This document shows positions 30,988-40,069 of a stretch of 64,000 bases of DNA, in pieces. The translations under genes were made by a program, and so were the position numbers. Source of the stretch: Halobacteriales archaeon (GTDB lineage Archaea; Halobacteriota; Halobacteria; Halobacteriales; SKNY01); contig SKQO01000020.1 of assembly GCA_007118975.1 (NCBI GenBank), positions 11,569-75,568 on the forward strand, given 5' to 3'. The first letter of the stretch is position 1. Every line of letters begins with the position of its first letter. Below the pieces are notes generated by a model. It was not told the origin of the DNA. It made no database searches and saw only the letters and a list, made by a program, of their open reading frames with translations.

Positions 30988-32874
30988 ATGAGCGGTGATG
31001 CGGGTGCGACGGATACGTTTCGCGTCCAAGCGATGGATTCGGACGCTTCTATTGACGAGCTCGAACCAGACACGCCCTATCTCGCGACGGTGAATGGCGT
31101 AGTGCCCTACGGTATCTTCGTCGACGTGAGCGAATCGGTCTCCGGACTGGTGCACGAATCGACGCTGAGTGGCAACTACGAGGTGGGCGACACCGTCGTG
31201 GTCGAGCTGGTTGCAGTCCACGACGACGGGGACGTCGCCTTCGACGATATCGAGGTATCGGATTACGAGATCGTCGACCAACGATCGCCGCCGCCCGAAC
31301 ACACCGTCGCTGACGTGACCGGTGACAGCGGGAACGTGACGCTGATCGGTCGCGTCGACCAGATCAAACAGACTGGTGGGCCCACCGTCATTACGCTCAA
31401 CGACGGGACTGGGCTGCTTGGCTGTGCGGCGTTCGAAGCAGCTGGTGTGCGGGCGTACCCCGACATTGCGCAGGGTGATTTCGTCAGGATCACTGGCGAG
31501 GTCTCGCGTCACGAGGGTGAGCTGCAGCTCGAGGTGGAGACGCTGACGAGGGTCGACGATCCCGCAGCGGTCGAAAAGCGTCTCGAAGAGCGCCTGGCCG
31601 AACGCGCTGTGCCGGCGACCGTCGAACCGCTGATCGATTGGCCTGCCCTCGAGGCGATGTGGCCCTCCCTCGAGTCGCTCGCCCAGCGGCTCCGGCGGAT
31701 GATACTGGAGAACCGTCCCGTCCGGATCCGCCACCACGCGGACGGCGACGGGATGTGCGCGGCAGTCCCACTCGAGCTCGCCCTGGAGCGGTTCGCCCGG
31801 GAAGTCCACGACGACCCGAATGCGCCGCGACATCTGATTCGACGATCCCCGGCAAAGGCACCGTTTTACGAGCTCGAGGACGCCGTCCGTGACCTGAACT
31901 TCGCCCTCGAGGACCGAGCGCGACACGGGCAGCGGCTCCCGCTGGTTCTCATGCTCGATAACGGGAGCACCGAGGAGGACGTGCCCGCCTATCGGAACCT
32001 GGCCCATTATGACATTCCCATCGCAGTCGTCGATCACCACCACCCCGACCCCGACGCCGTCGCCGACCTCCTCGACATCCACGTGAACCCGTATCTACAC
32101 GGCGAGGACTATCGGATCACCACCGGGATGCTGTGTGTCGAGGTCGCGAGACTGATCGACCCAGCGATCGGTGACGATGTGCGGCACGTCCCCGCAGTGG
32201 CCGGCCTGGCCGACCGTTCTGAAGCCGAGCACATGTCCGCCTATATCGAGCTGGCCGGGACGGCAGGCTACGATCTCGAGGATCTACAAGCCATCGGGCG
32301 GGCGCTCGACTACGCCGCCCACTGGCTCAAATATCGATCAGGTACCGGCATCGTGCGCGACGTCCTTGATGTCAAGGGGACGGGGGCCGACCACGAGGCG
32401 GTCCGTGAACTGCTCGCCTCGGGAGCGGAAGCGGCGATGAACCGACAGCTCGAGGATGCCATCGCTCACGTCGAAAGCCAAGAGCTGGCGAACGGGGCGA
32501 CCCTCCACCGGCTGGACCTTGACGCATACACACACCGCTTCGAGTACCCGGCCCCGGGCAAAACCACCGGTGCGATTCACGACCAGTTAGCAGCCGAAGA
32601 GGCGGAGCCGGTGATCACCGTTGGCTTCGGGCCGGACTTCGCCGTTCTCCGTAGTGACGGCGTGGTCCTGGACATCCCGGCGATGGTCGACGAACTCGAC
32701 GAGGCGCTCCCCGGCGCTGGGGTGAGTGGGGGCGGGCATCTGGTCGTCGGCAGCATCCACTTCGTCCGCGGCCGCCGCGACGACGTCCTCTCGACGCTGA
32801 CCGAGAAGATGGCGGCCGCGGAGATCGATCCGGAACTCACCTCGACCGCTGACGTCCCGACGCCAGATTCCTAA
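30988..32874 (+). CDS. RecJ-like DHH phosphoesterase with N-terminal S1-like and OB-fold domains
   Basis: It has an S1-like 'YLATVNGVVPYGIFVDVSESVSGLVHES' and an OB-fold 'VTLIGRVDQIKQTGGPTVITLNDGTG'. DHH motifs are present ('HHADGDGMCAA', 'LMLDNGS', 'VVDHHHPD') along with a DHHA1 'GGGHLVVGS'. Confidence 0.8.
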   Translation: MSGDAGATDTFRVQAMDSDASIDELEPDTPYLATVNGVVPYGIFVDVSESVSGLVHESTLSGNYEVGDTVVVELVAVHDDGDVAFDDIEVSDYEIVDQRSPPPEHTVADVTGDSGNVTLIGRVDQIKQTGGPTVITLNDGTGLLGCAAFEAAGVRAYPDIAQGDFVRITGEVSRHEGELQLEVETLTRVDDPAAVEKRLEERLAERAVPATVEPLIDWPALEAMWPSLESLAQRLRRMILENRPVRIRHHADGDGMCAAVPLELALERFAREVHDDPNAPRHLIRRSPAKAPFYELEDAVRDLNFALEDRARHGQRLPLVLMLDNGSTEEDVPAYRNLAHYDIPIAVVDHHHPDPDAVADLLDIHVNPYLHGEDYRITTGMLCVEVARLIDPAIGDDVRHVPAVAGLADRSEAEHMSAYIELAGTAGYDLEDLQAIGRALDYAAHWLKYRSGTGIVRDVLDVKGTGADHEAVRELLASGAEAAMNRQLEDAIAHVESQELANGATLHRLDLDAYTHRFEYPAPGKTTGAIHDQLAAEEAEPVITVGFGPDFAVLRSDGVVLDIPAMVDELDEALPGAGVSGGGHLVVGSIHFVRGRRDDVLSTLTEKMAAAEIDPELTSTADVPTPDS

Positions 32875-32957
32875 TTCGACGGTTGCACCACCTGCTTTTT
32901 ATCGATCGACAGGTCGACGTCTGGGCCCGAATTAGGTCGAACGTTTATGTGGGGTGA

Positions 32958-33329
32958 TTGCTTCTGGTTACTATGTCATGCGAGCGTCAGACACGAGTGC
33001 CGACTCCATATGCCGCTGAACCGTCCCCGACGCTGGACGATGCGTTCCACGCCCTTGCCCACTCCGATCGTCGCCACATTTTGTTGGAACTCAAGGAGCG
33101 CGAGCCAACGGAGCCGATCGAGATTGACGAACTACACCGACCGAACGGGGCACCCGAGCGTGCTCGTATCAAACTCCACCACATTCATCTCCCCGTCCTC
33201 GCGGAGGCGGGGTACATCGACTGGGACCCATCTACCACGACCGTTCGCATCGGCAACGCGTTCGAGGAGATCGAACCGTTAATCGCACTCGTGGCCGACC
33301 ACCGTTCTAGATTACCGGGGGAGTGGTGA
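32958..33329 (+). CDS. ArsR-like winged-helix protein (haloarchaeal DUF7344-type)
   Basis: 'DAFHALAHSDRRHILLELKE' and 'IKLHHIHLPVLAEAGYIDWD' match that family's signature as I recall it. Confidence 0.65.
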   Translation: MLLVTMSCERQTRVPTPYAAEPSPTLDDAFHALAHSDRRHILLELKEREPTEPIEIDELHRPNGAPERARIKLHHIHLPVLAEAGYIDWDPSTTTVRIGNAFEEIEPLIALVADHRSRLPGEW

Positions 33330-33420
33330 CTCGCCAACCGCCGCATGGTGGGAAGCTATCTCGGGGTCACCCGCCGGCATCTTTCAACGTCGACCGATTG
33401 GGTAGCCGCCCCCGTATCGG

Positions 33421-35058
33421 TCAGCGCTCCTCATCCGCCTCCGGTTCGGCAGCAGGATCGAATCCCACGCGACGGCGTGCCAGGATGACCGCCACACCCC
33501 AGGCGATCACGACCACGGCGAGGAAGTCGAGGGGCGCGTCCCACTTGGTTCCTTCCCAGTCGGCGTCAAACACCTCGGTGAAGTATGTCCCGGCGTCTGG
33601 ATCCTCGATCAACAGCGCCACTTCTCGATTCTCCCGCAGCGATACGTTGTTCCAGTTGGTGCTCCCGATCAGGACGGTCTCTTCGTCGACGATTACGCCT
33701 TTCGCGTGGATCTTCTCGAATGCCCCATCGGGCTCAACGATGCGGGCATCGAGCGGAATTGCCTCCTCGGCGGTGATCGACTCTAACTCCGCGATCAGCG
33801 CACGATTGTCGTCTTCGACGTACCAGCTATGATCGAGCAGGATCCGCACCGCCACACCGCGACGGGCTGCGTCGATCGCGGCTGCCAAGAGCGGAAAATC
33901 CGCATCCCCAATACTCACCTGCTTGATCGCGATTGATTCGCTGGCTCCTTCGATCGCCTTGAGATACACCCGCTCGGTTTCTGCCGGCCCGATGATCGGC
34001 CGGACAGACTCGACTGTCGTCGTTTGTGGTTCGATCTGCGTGGGGAACTCGGCGGTCGGCCCCTCGGTGTCGGACGTGTCGTCGTTCCCGTGCCGGTAGC
34101 GTTCCCATTCGACGGCGGCCGGGCCGGCAAAATCCGCCTCGAAGACGGCCGCCAGGTCCTCCACCACGTCCTCCCCATCGACCGTGACCCCCCACCCACG
34201 ACTCGAGGCGCCACCGGTTCCCGCCCGTTTCCAGTTTTCGGTCATCACGATCGCCCGGTCGTCAACGATCGCATACTTCGGGTGGTGAAACCGGTAGGGA
34301 TCCCGCGATCCCTCCATGACCCGCACCGCGATCCCGGCGGTGACCAGTTCTTCCACCGTCGCCACCTCATTTGGCGACTGTCCCCCGACGGGAGTACCAT
34401 CGATCAGGACAGTCACGTCGACGCCCCGCTCTGTCGCCGCCACCAGCGCATTCGCGATCGACGGGTCGGTGAACTCGTATCCGGCCAGCCGGATGCGATC
34501 GTCGGCACCGGCGAGCAGTTCGTCGGGGACCGCCTCGCCGTCGGGCAGCACGAACGTCGTCGCCTCCATGGGACCCACCTCCCTATGGGACCACTCCACG
34601 TCATACATGCCCCGGGGGTGTACCTTGTCTCCGTCTCGGTGCCAAACCTCGCCCTCGTCGGTCGATTCATACGTGAGCTGATCGACGGTGGTGCCGACCG
34701 GGTCGCGAAGCGTCAGCTCGTCCCCCTCGGCGTTCAGCCGCAGCGATCCGGCAAGCGGGTACACCGGCTCCTCGACGATCAGATTCGTGATCGCCGGTTG
34801 CGTGCTCAGGACGACGGTCCCCGCGAGCGTGCGGTTCGGAAGCGTCGCTTCGCGGAATCCATCCTCGAGCCTCCAACCGCTCACGTCGACGGGTTCGGAA
34901 AACGATACCACCACGTACTCGCCGACGTTTTCCTCGGTGTGGAGGTTCGGTGCCAGGGCGATCAGTTCCGGCGGACCAGCACCTGCCACCCCAGCCGACA
35001 GGCCAACACAGAGCCCGATCAGCACGACAATCACCAAGGACGCCTGCGTGGTGGGCAC
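33421..35058 (-). CDS. membrane-anchored lamin-tail-domain / phospholipase D-family (2xHKD) protein
   Basis: It has an N-terminal signal/TM and an LTD-like 'NVGEYVVVSFSEPVDVSGWRLED'. There are two HKD motifs ('HHPKYAIVDD...ENW' and 'IHAKGVIVDEETVLIGSTNWN') and a C-terminal TM 'FLAVVVIAWGVAVILARRR'. Confidence 0.85.
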   Translation of the reverse strand: MPTTQASLVIVVLIGLCVGLSAGVAGAGPPELIALAPNLHTEENVGEYVVVSFSEPVDVSGWRLEDGFREATLPNRTLAGTVVLSTQPAITNLIVEEPVYPLAGSLRLNAEGDELTLRDPVGTTVDQLTYESTDEGEVWHRDGDKVHPRGMYDVEWSHREVGPMEATTFVLPDGEAVPDELLAGADDRIRLAGYEFTDPSIANALVAATERGVDVTVLIDGTPVGGQSPNEVATVEELVTAGIAVRVMEGSRDPYRFHHPKYAIVDDRAIVMTENWKRAGTGGASSRGWGVTVDGEDVVEDLAAVFEADFAGPAAVEWERYRHGNDDTSDTEGPTAEFPTQIEPQTTTVESVRPIIGPAETERVYLKAIEGASESIAIKQVSIGDADFPLLAAAIDAARRGVAVRILLDHSWYVEDDNRALIAELESITAEEAIPLDARIVEPDGAFEKIHAKGVIVDEETVLIGSTNWNNVSLRENREVALLIEDPDAGTYFTEVFDADWEGTKWDAPLDFLAVVVIAWGVAVILARRRVGFDPAAEPEADEER

Positions 35059-35097
35059 GCCTCACCCGAGGTCGCGCCCTCGCTGAAAAACTCTCGT

Positions 35098-36342
35098 TTA
35101 CGGTTCGGCCAGCCCCGTCCGGGCCTTTGTCACCGCGTCCTCGACGAGGTTCGAACGGTCAGCCTCGTGTTCGGTCACGATCTCGAGGGCCGCCTCGGTC
35201 CCAATCTGCACGAGTGCCCAGGCGGCACTTCCCCGTACCGCCCAGGCGTCGTCCTCGTCGAGCACGTCGGCGAGTGGTTCGATCGCCCGGGGATCCCCAA
35301 TCATCCCCAGCGACCGGGCGGCCCCGCTGCGGACCTCCGGATCGTCGGCCCCCAGCTGCTGGGCCACCGTCTCCGTCGCCTTCTCGCTGCCGATCTCCCC
35401 CAGCGCCTTGATGGCCACCTGCTGGAGGCGGGGATCCCCCTCCGTTTCGGCGTAGTCCAGTAGCATGTCCACTGGCTCGTCGCTGCCGATCTTGCCCAGT
35501 ACCTCGATCGCGCCGTGGTCGCGCCGGCGCGCCAACTGGGCCATGTCGTCGAGTGCCCGCTCGTCCGCGATCCTGCGAAGGGCGTCGACGCAGTGGTCCT
35601 CCAGGAAATTCGAGTCCAGCAGGTCGAAGGCCAGCAGAATCATCTCGACGTCGCCCGCCTCCTCGTGGGCCTTGATCGCACTCCACTCCGGTGGGAAGTC
35701 CTTGTAGTGACCCAGGACGTCGAAGAAGCCGTGGCGATGGAGCTGTTCGCGGACCGGGAGGTCGTCAAACGCTGTCGCCGCCTCCACGCCGTCGTTCAAC
35801 TCGGTTGTGGCATCTAGCAGGGCAGCAATCGTCTCGGCGTCCTCGTCGGCATCGAGACCCGAATCCTCGACAGCGTCACTGACAATTCCGAGGACGTCAG
35901 CCAGTGCGTCGTCGTCCGCCGTTACCGTCCCATCGAGATCGGTATCGAGCGCGGATTCGACCGCCTCGACAAACCGCTCGACCACCGGCACAAGTTCATC
36001 GAGCCCCTCTTCGGCCCACTCGGTGCGCGAAATCGTCCCGGACGCGGTCGTGATCTCCCCCACGATATCCTCCGCGTAGGGTCCTCGCTGGTCCTCGAGA
36101 TCATCACGTAGATCGTCGAGTCGGTCCTCTAGTTCCTCCCGGGGATCCGGCGGTTCCTCTTCCTCCTCGTCCTCGGGCGGCTCGGGCTCCGGAAACGTCG
36201 CTTCCGCTAGGTCGGCCTCGACGTCCTTGATGGACGCCTCCACCTCGTCCAGGTCGGCTTCCGTTTCGGCCGCCGCGAGCGCGTCCGCGATCTCGTCGAG
36301 TCGCTCCTCAAAGGCCGCCGGATCGTCCTCGGACGCGGTCAT
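35098..36342 (-). CDS. HEAT-repeat (PBS-lyase-type) protein with extremely acidic N-terminal half
   Basis: The C-terminal ~180 aa carry repeated 'A..ALG.IGD..A...L...L.D' units ('AIKALGEIGSEKA', 'AARSLGMIGDPRAIEPL', 'AAWALVQIGTEAA'). Confidence 0.8.
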   Translation of the reverse strand: MTASEDDPAAFEERLDEIADALAAAETEADLDEVEASIKDVEADLAEATFPEPEPPEDEEEEEPPDPREELEDRLDDLRDDLEDQRGPYAEDIVGEITTASGTISRTEWAEEGLDELVPVVERFVEAVESALDTDLDGTVTADDDALADVLGIVSDAVEDSGLDADEDAETIAALLDATTELNDGVEAATAFDDLPVREQLHRHGFFDVLGHYKDFPPEWSAIKAHEEAGDVEMILLAFDLLDSNFLEDHCVDALRRIADERALDDMAQLARRRDHGAIEVLGKIGSDEPVDMLLDYAETEGDPRLQQVAIKALGEIGSEKATETVAQQLGADDPEVRSGAARSLGMIGDPRAIEPLADVLDEDDAWAVRGSAAWALVQIGTEAALEIVTEHEADRSNLVEDAVTKARTGLAEP

Positions 36343-36385
36343 TGACTCGCCGATTCACTGGCGGGTACAAAGAGCGTTATCCTTC

Positions 36386-37123
36386 CTATGCGCGGGCATC
36401 CCGCAACCGTCGCTCGCTCTCGCCCCAGTAAAACGCCGGTGCGAGGAGGAGATACGCGAGGGCGAGCGTGAGCAAGGCGAAGGGAAATACCCGCCCGTAA
36501 AACTGTGGCATGGCGACCGCAAGGACGTGAATTCCACCCATCAAGAGGGCGTCGCGGGCGAGCAAGTCCGGGTAGTCGATCGGTGCGATCATCGCCACCG
36601 TCATGGCGAACGTCGCGATCAGGTACGCGTTGGCATCCCAGTGCGCGGTTAACACCAGTGTCCCGAGGACTGTCGCGGCCAGCGTGCTCGGGGCACCCAC
36701 CGTCTTCGTCTCGGCGGTATCATAGGCCGAGTAGAACCCGAGTCGGAGCACGGCGACTGCGACGAAAAGGGCCGGAACGCCGAACAGTACGACGGTACCC
36801 ACTGTGCCGGGAACCGCCGTGAACTCCAGGTCGACGAGAATGACGTAGACGAGCACGGCCGGCGCCACCCCGAAGGAGGCGACGTCTGCAAGCGAATCGA
36901 GATAGGGGCCGACCTCCGAGCCGCCAAACGCCCTGGCGACAACCCCATCGAGCCCGTCAGCCACCGCAGCGAGTAGCACTAACCGGGCCGCCAACTCCGG
37001 GTTCGCCGGCGCGATGACGATCGCGAGAAAGCCGACCGCGGCGTTGCCGAGGGTGACCAGATCGGCCGGCATGAGCCCCCCGACGAACCGCGAGACCATA
37101 CGACGGAGTCCCCGAGCCGGCAT
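36386..37123 (-). CDS. CDP-alcohol phosphatidyltransferase (archaetidylserine synthase-like)
   Basis: It has the signature 'DGLDGVVARAFGGSEVGPYLDSLADVASF' (DGx2ARx8Gx3Dx3D) and is a polytopic membrane protein. Confidence 0.85.
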   Translation of the reverse strand: MPARGLRRMVSRFVGGLMPADLVTLGNAAVGFLAIVIAPANPELAARLVLLAAVADGLDGVVARAFGGSEVGPYLDSLADVASFGVAPAVLVYVILVDLEFTAVPGTVGTVVLFGVPALFVAVAVLRLGFYSAYDTAETKTVGAPSTLAATVLGTLVLTAHWDANAYLIATFAMTVAMIAPIDYPDLLARDALLMGGIHVLAVAMPQFYGRVFPFALLTLALAYLLLAPAFYWGESERRLRDARA

Positions 37124-37186
37124 TTACCAGTTGTGATCCGGCGGACGGATCGGTGTCGCTTTAGCTCCCACGCGGCGAGATTGCGT

Positions 37187-37606
37187 ATGGAGCGCCGAGC
37201 CGCTCTCCGTACCCTCGGGGCCCTCGGTTGTATTGGCGTCGCCGGGTGCGTCTCGCCCCCCGCGCTCGGCGGCGTCGACTACGACGTCGGCATGAGTGCG
37301 AACGCCTTCGAACCCCTGCTCGTGGAGATCAACGTCGGAGAGACGATTACCTGGAAGAACACCGGCTCGCGCGCCCACACCGTTACCGCCTACGAGGACT
37401 CGATTCCCGACGAGGCGTCCTTCTTTGCCACTGGCGACTTCGAGAACGAGGACCAGGCGCGACACGCCTGGCACCACGAAGAAGGCGGTAACCTCTACGG
37501 CGGCGAGACCTGGCGCTATACGTTCGAGGTTCCGGGGATGTACAGTTACTTCTGCGTGCCCCACGAGCCGCGGGGAATGGTCGGCCAGGTGGAAGTCACG
37601 GACTAG
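37187..37606 (+). CDS. halocyanin (type-1 copper cupredoxin), Tat lipoprotein
   Basis: It has a twin-arginine plus lipobox 'MERRAALRTLGALGCIGVAGC'. Copper ligands are visible in 'H..T' and 'YFCVPHEPRGMVGQVEV'. Confidence 0.85.
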   Translation: MERRAALRTLGALGCIGVAGCVSPPALGGVDYDVGMSANAFEPLLVEINVGETITWKNTGSRAHTVTAYEDSIPDEASFFATGDFENEDQARHAWHHEEGGNLYGGETWRYTFEVPGMYSYFCVPHEPRGMVGQVEVTD

Positions 37607-38250
37607 TCGTCGGCCTCGACGTCGACGTCATCCGCCTCGACATCGACACTCGTCGCTTCTTCCTCTGCGACCTCCGCGGGACGCGCCTCGATCGACGCCT
37701 TCTGGATTTCGACGCGCCTGAGGGGATAGATCGTCTTTGCTTCCGCGTAAATCGCACTCGAAAGCCGCCCCTGGACGATGCTGTCCATCAGTTCCGTGTA
37801 GGTACGATCGTTGGCAGCCTCGCGAACCATCTCGATCATCCGTTTGCGGATGGCACGCTCTTGGCTGTGGTTTGCCTTCTTAGTCGTGAACGCGACCGGT
37901 TGAATCTTCACGCGGTAGTCGTCGGCCGTGAGTACCCGGACGGTCGCATCGACCTTCGAGGCCCCGCGACGTACGAGGCTTCGTAGATAGTCCCGCGTGA
38001 GCTCGTGCCGGATGAGCTCGGTGTACACGGCGTCGCTGCCGACGTCAGTCACCCGGAAGGTGAGTTTCGTGTTGTTCTCGCTGGCGTTGTCGGTCAGCTC
38101 GCCGAGGGTCGTTTCGACGGTACGCCCGACGATCTGGTCGGGTTCGTCCGCCGGCGTCCGGCCGATGTTCGCTCGGTCGAAGCTTTCCGGTGCGAGAATA
38201 CTATACCACTGTTTTTCCTGACTCCGTCGGGAGACGGATCGTTCGCTCAT
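37603..38250 (-). CDS. rps3ae: 30S ribosomal protein S3Ae (eS1)
   Basis: 'KQWYSILAPESFD...' is a typical eS1 N-terminus. It has a C-terminal acidic tail. Confidence 0.93.
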   Translation of the reverse strand: MSERSVSRRSQEKQWYSILAPESFDRANIGRTPADEPDQIVGRTVETTLGELTDNASENNTKLTFRVTDVGSDAVYTELIRHELTRDYLRSLVRRGASKVDATVRVLTADDYRVKIQPVAFTTKKANHSQERAIRKRMIEMVREAANDRTYTELMDSIVQGRLSSAIYAEAKTIYPLRRVEIQKASIEARPAEVAEEEATSVDVEADDVDVEADD

Positions 38251-38516
38251 TGGTGTGACTCCTTGGTTGCTGTCGTCGTGTTGCTTTCGGTCTCGTATCT
38301 GTTCGTGATGGCGTCGTGGAGGTTGATTGCGACCTGGAGATTGACCAGGTAATCGTCCGTCGTGGATTGCAGACTGGCCGTCCCCGGCCGCTCGATGGTC
38401 GTCCTGACCACGTCGTTCGTGACCTCAGTGCGTATGTCGTCGGTGTGATCCGGGCGGAGCGCCGAGGCCACCAGTATCGGGTAGGGAACTCGCGTCTCTA
38501 CCGTCGCCTGCCTCAT
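38247..38516 (-). CDS. pcc1: KEOPS subunit Pcc1-like small protein
   Basis: The 89-aa C-terminal part of ORF 38247..38882 starts at the Met at 38516, with ATGA overlaps on both sides. The beta-alpha pattern 'ATVETRVPY...ALRPD...TASLQSTTDDYLVNLQVA' resembles Pcc1/CTAG. Position next to rps3ae fits haloarchaeal synteny as I recall it. Confidence 0.5.
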   Translation of the reverse strand: MRQATVETRVPYPILVASALRPDHTDDIRTEVTNDVVRTTIERPGTASLQSTTDDYLVNLQVAINLHDAITNRYETESNTTTATKESHQ

Positions 38517-39595
38517 GGGATCGCCCCCGCGATCTCCTCGGCGAGCGACAGGTCTTCGGGTTGCGGACCGCCGAAGAGCCTGCGGCCGTGCCGATACACC
38601 GGGGTGTCCGTCGCGGCAAGCGCGTCGAAACACGTCTCGGTCGTCTCGGGCGAGGTCGCGGCAACCCCGAACGCGGATGCACCGACCGCGAGCACCGCGG
38701 GCGTCGAGGTTTCGAAATCGCGGGCGAGGCGGGCGAGGACGTGCGGCGCAGCCGGGACATCCCGATACGTCGCCAGCCCCTCGTCGGTCTCGGTCGGGCC
38801 GTCGTCGAGACGGGCGTGGATCGACGCCGCCGTCTCTGACCATCGCGAGCGTAACCAGTCTTCGTCGACAACCGATCCGCATACCAGCGCGAGCGCCTCC
38901 CCGGGGGCGATGCCGGCCAGTAGATCCAGGAGCTCGCCGAGGCCCTGCAGGCTCGCGAGGGTCGAGATCGGACTTTCGACCGGACCGAGTGCCCGGGTAA
39001 CCGCTGCCGATGCTCGGTTTGTATCCGTCGCCGCGCCCAGCGTCTCGAGGACGACCAGGGAGGCGACGGTCTCCAGATCGTCGTCAAAGGTGATCGGTCG
39101 TTCGGGGCTCGTACCGCTGTACGGCCCGCGAAGGAGGGTCGATGCGGCGGGCGTGTCGCCCGCCAGCGGGAGAGCGATTCCATTGTCACGATCGAGCTCG
39201 CTCTCCTCAACTAGCTCGGGGTGATCGTCGAGTGTGTAGCCGCTTGCAAATCGGCCGGCGAGGGCGATTCCTGCCGGTGCCGACGACGCCAGCTCGGTGG
39301 CGAGATCATAGACGGTTCCGCACAGATCCGGATCGCGAATAGCCGTATCGACGGCGTGATCATGTTCCCGACCCACCGTGGCGGTGATCCCGCCGTCGGG
39401 GCCGACGGTTGCTGGTGGACCGACGCGGGCCTGGACGGGAACGTCACGGGCCCGCAACGCCCGGGAGAGACAGCCCGTCGCGGCGATTGCGCTCGCCGTG
39501 GGGGCGGCTGCCAGGTGGACGAACGACGCGCTCGCCAGCGTCCGGCTCGTCCCCGCCGGGGTCGTTCCCGGCTCGCCCGCATCGGTCGTCGCCAT
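38513..39595 (-). CDS. RecJ/Cdc45-like DHH-superfamily protein with non-canonical motifs
   Basis: 360 aa, between rps15 and pcc1-rps3ae, a neighbourhood known for archaeal RecJ paralogues. 'FVHLAAAPTASAIAATGCLSRAL' aligns by eye with DHH motif I, but the Asp residues are replaced. Confidence 0.45.
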   Translation of the reverse strand: MATTDAGEPGTTPAGTSRTLASASFVHLAAAPTASAIAATGCLSRALRARDVPVQARVGPPATVGPDGGITATVGREHDHAVDTAIRDPDLCGTVYDLATELASSAPAGIALAGRFASGYTLDDHPELVEESELDRDNGIALPLAGDTPAASTLLRGPYSGTSPERPITFDDDLETVASLVVLETLGAATDTNRASAAVTRALGPVESPISTLASLQGLGELLDLLAGIAPGEALALVCGSVVDEDWLRSRWSETAASIHARLDDGPTETDEGLATYRDVPAAPHVLARLARDFETSTPAVLAVGASAFGVAATSPETTETCFDALAATDTPVYRHGRRLFGGPQPEDLSLAEEIAGAIP

Positions 39596-39601
39596 TCCGG
39601 T

Positions 39602-40069
39602 TTACTCCTCGAGGAGGCCGGCGACGGCGTCGATCGAGTACCGGAAGTCAGCGGGTACCTCGTCCCCGCGGTAGTACTCGAGCAGGCGCCGGACCTTCGC
39701 TTCCGTATTCTGGAGCGCCCGCTTGTTCTGGGCGTCCTGGGGGTTTTCCTCGATGTGCTCGTGGAGCCGGAGGGCCCGTTCGAGCAGGTTCCGGAGGTCC
39801 TCCGGGAGATCCGGGGTCGCATCCCGTTCATCCAGGATCTCGGTGATCTTTTTGCCTGTGGCGAGGCGCACGTCGGGAACTGGGGTTCCCCGGACGCCTT
39901 CGTCGCGGAGTTTCAGGCCGATCACGCTCGGATCGTGCCCTTCCGCCGCTAACTCGACGACGCGATCTTCGATCGCCTCGGTTTCGACGTCGCTCCACTC
40001 CGGTGGTTCGTCGACCGCCGGTCGGTCCGAATCGGACGTTCCGCGGCGGCGTGTGTGCATGCGTGCCAT
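39602..40069 (-). CDS. rps15: 30S ribosomal protein S15 (uS15)
   Basis: 'MARMHTRRRGTSDS...' plus C-terminal 'LRLHEHIEENPQDAQNKRALQ..EAKVRRLLEYY' is typical archaeal S15. The start was set at 40069. Confidence 0.93.
   Translation of the reverse strand: MARMHTRRRGTSDSDRPAVDEPPEWSDVETEAIEDRVVELAAEGHDPSVIGLKLRDEGVRGTPVPDVRLATGKKITEILDERDATPDLPEDLRNLLERALRLHEHIEENPQDAQNKRALQNTEAKVRRLLEYYRGDEVPADFRYSIDAVAGLLEE

Noticed and set aside
38517-38882. N-terminal 122-aa extension of ORF 38247..38882 ('MRIGCRRRLVTLAMVRDGG...').
   Set aside because: It overlaps the 3' end of the 360-aa RecJ-like gene in another frame and is Arg/Gly/Pro-rich. The Met at 38516 gives an ATGA-coupled 89-aa Pcc1-like product instead.
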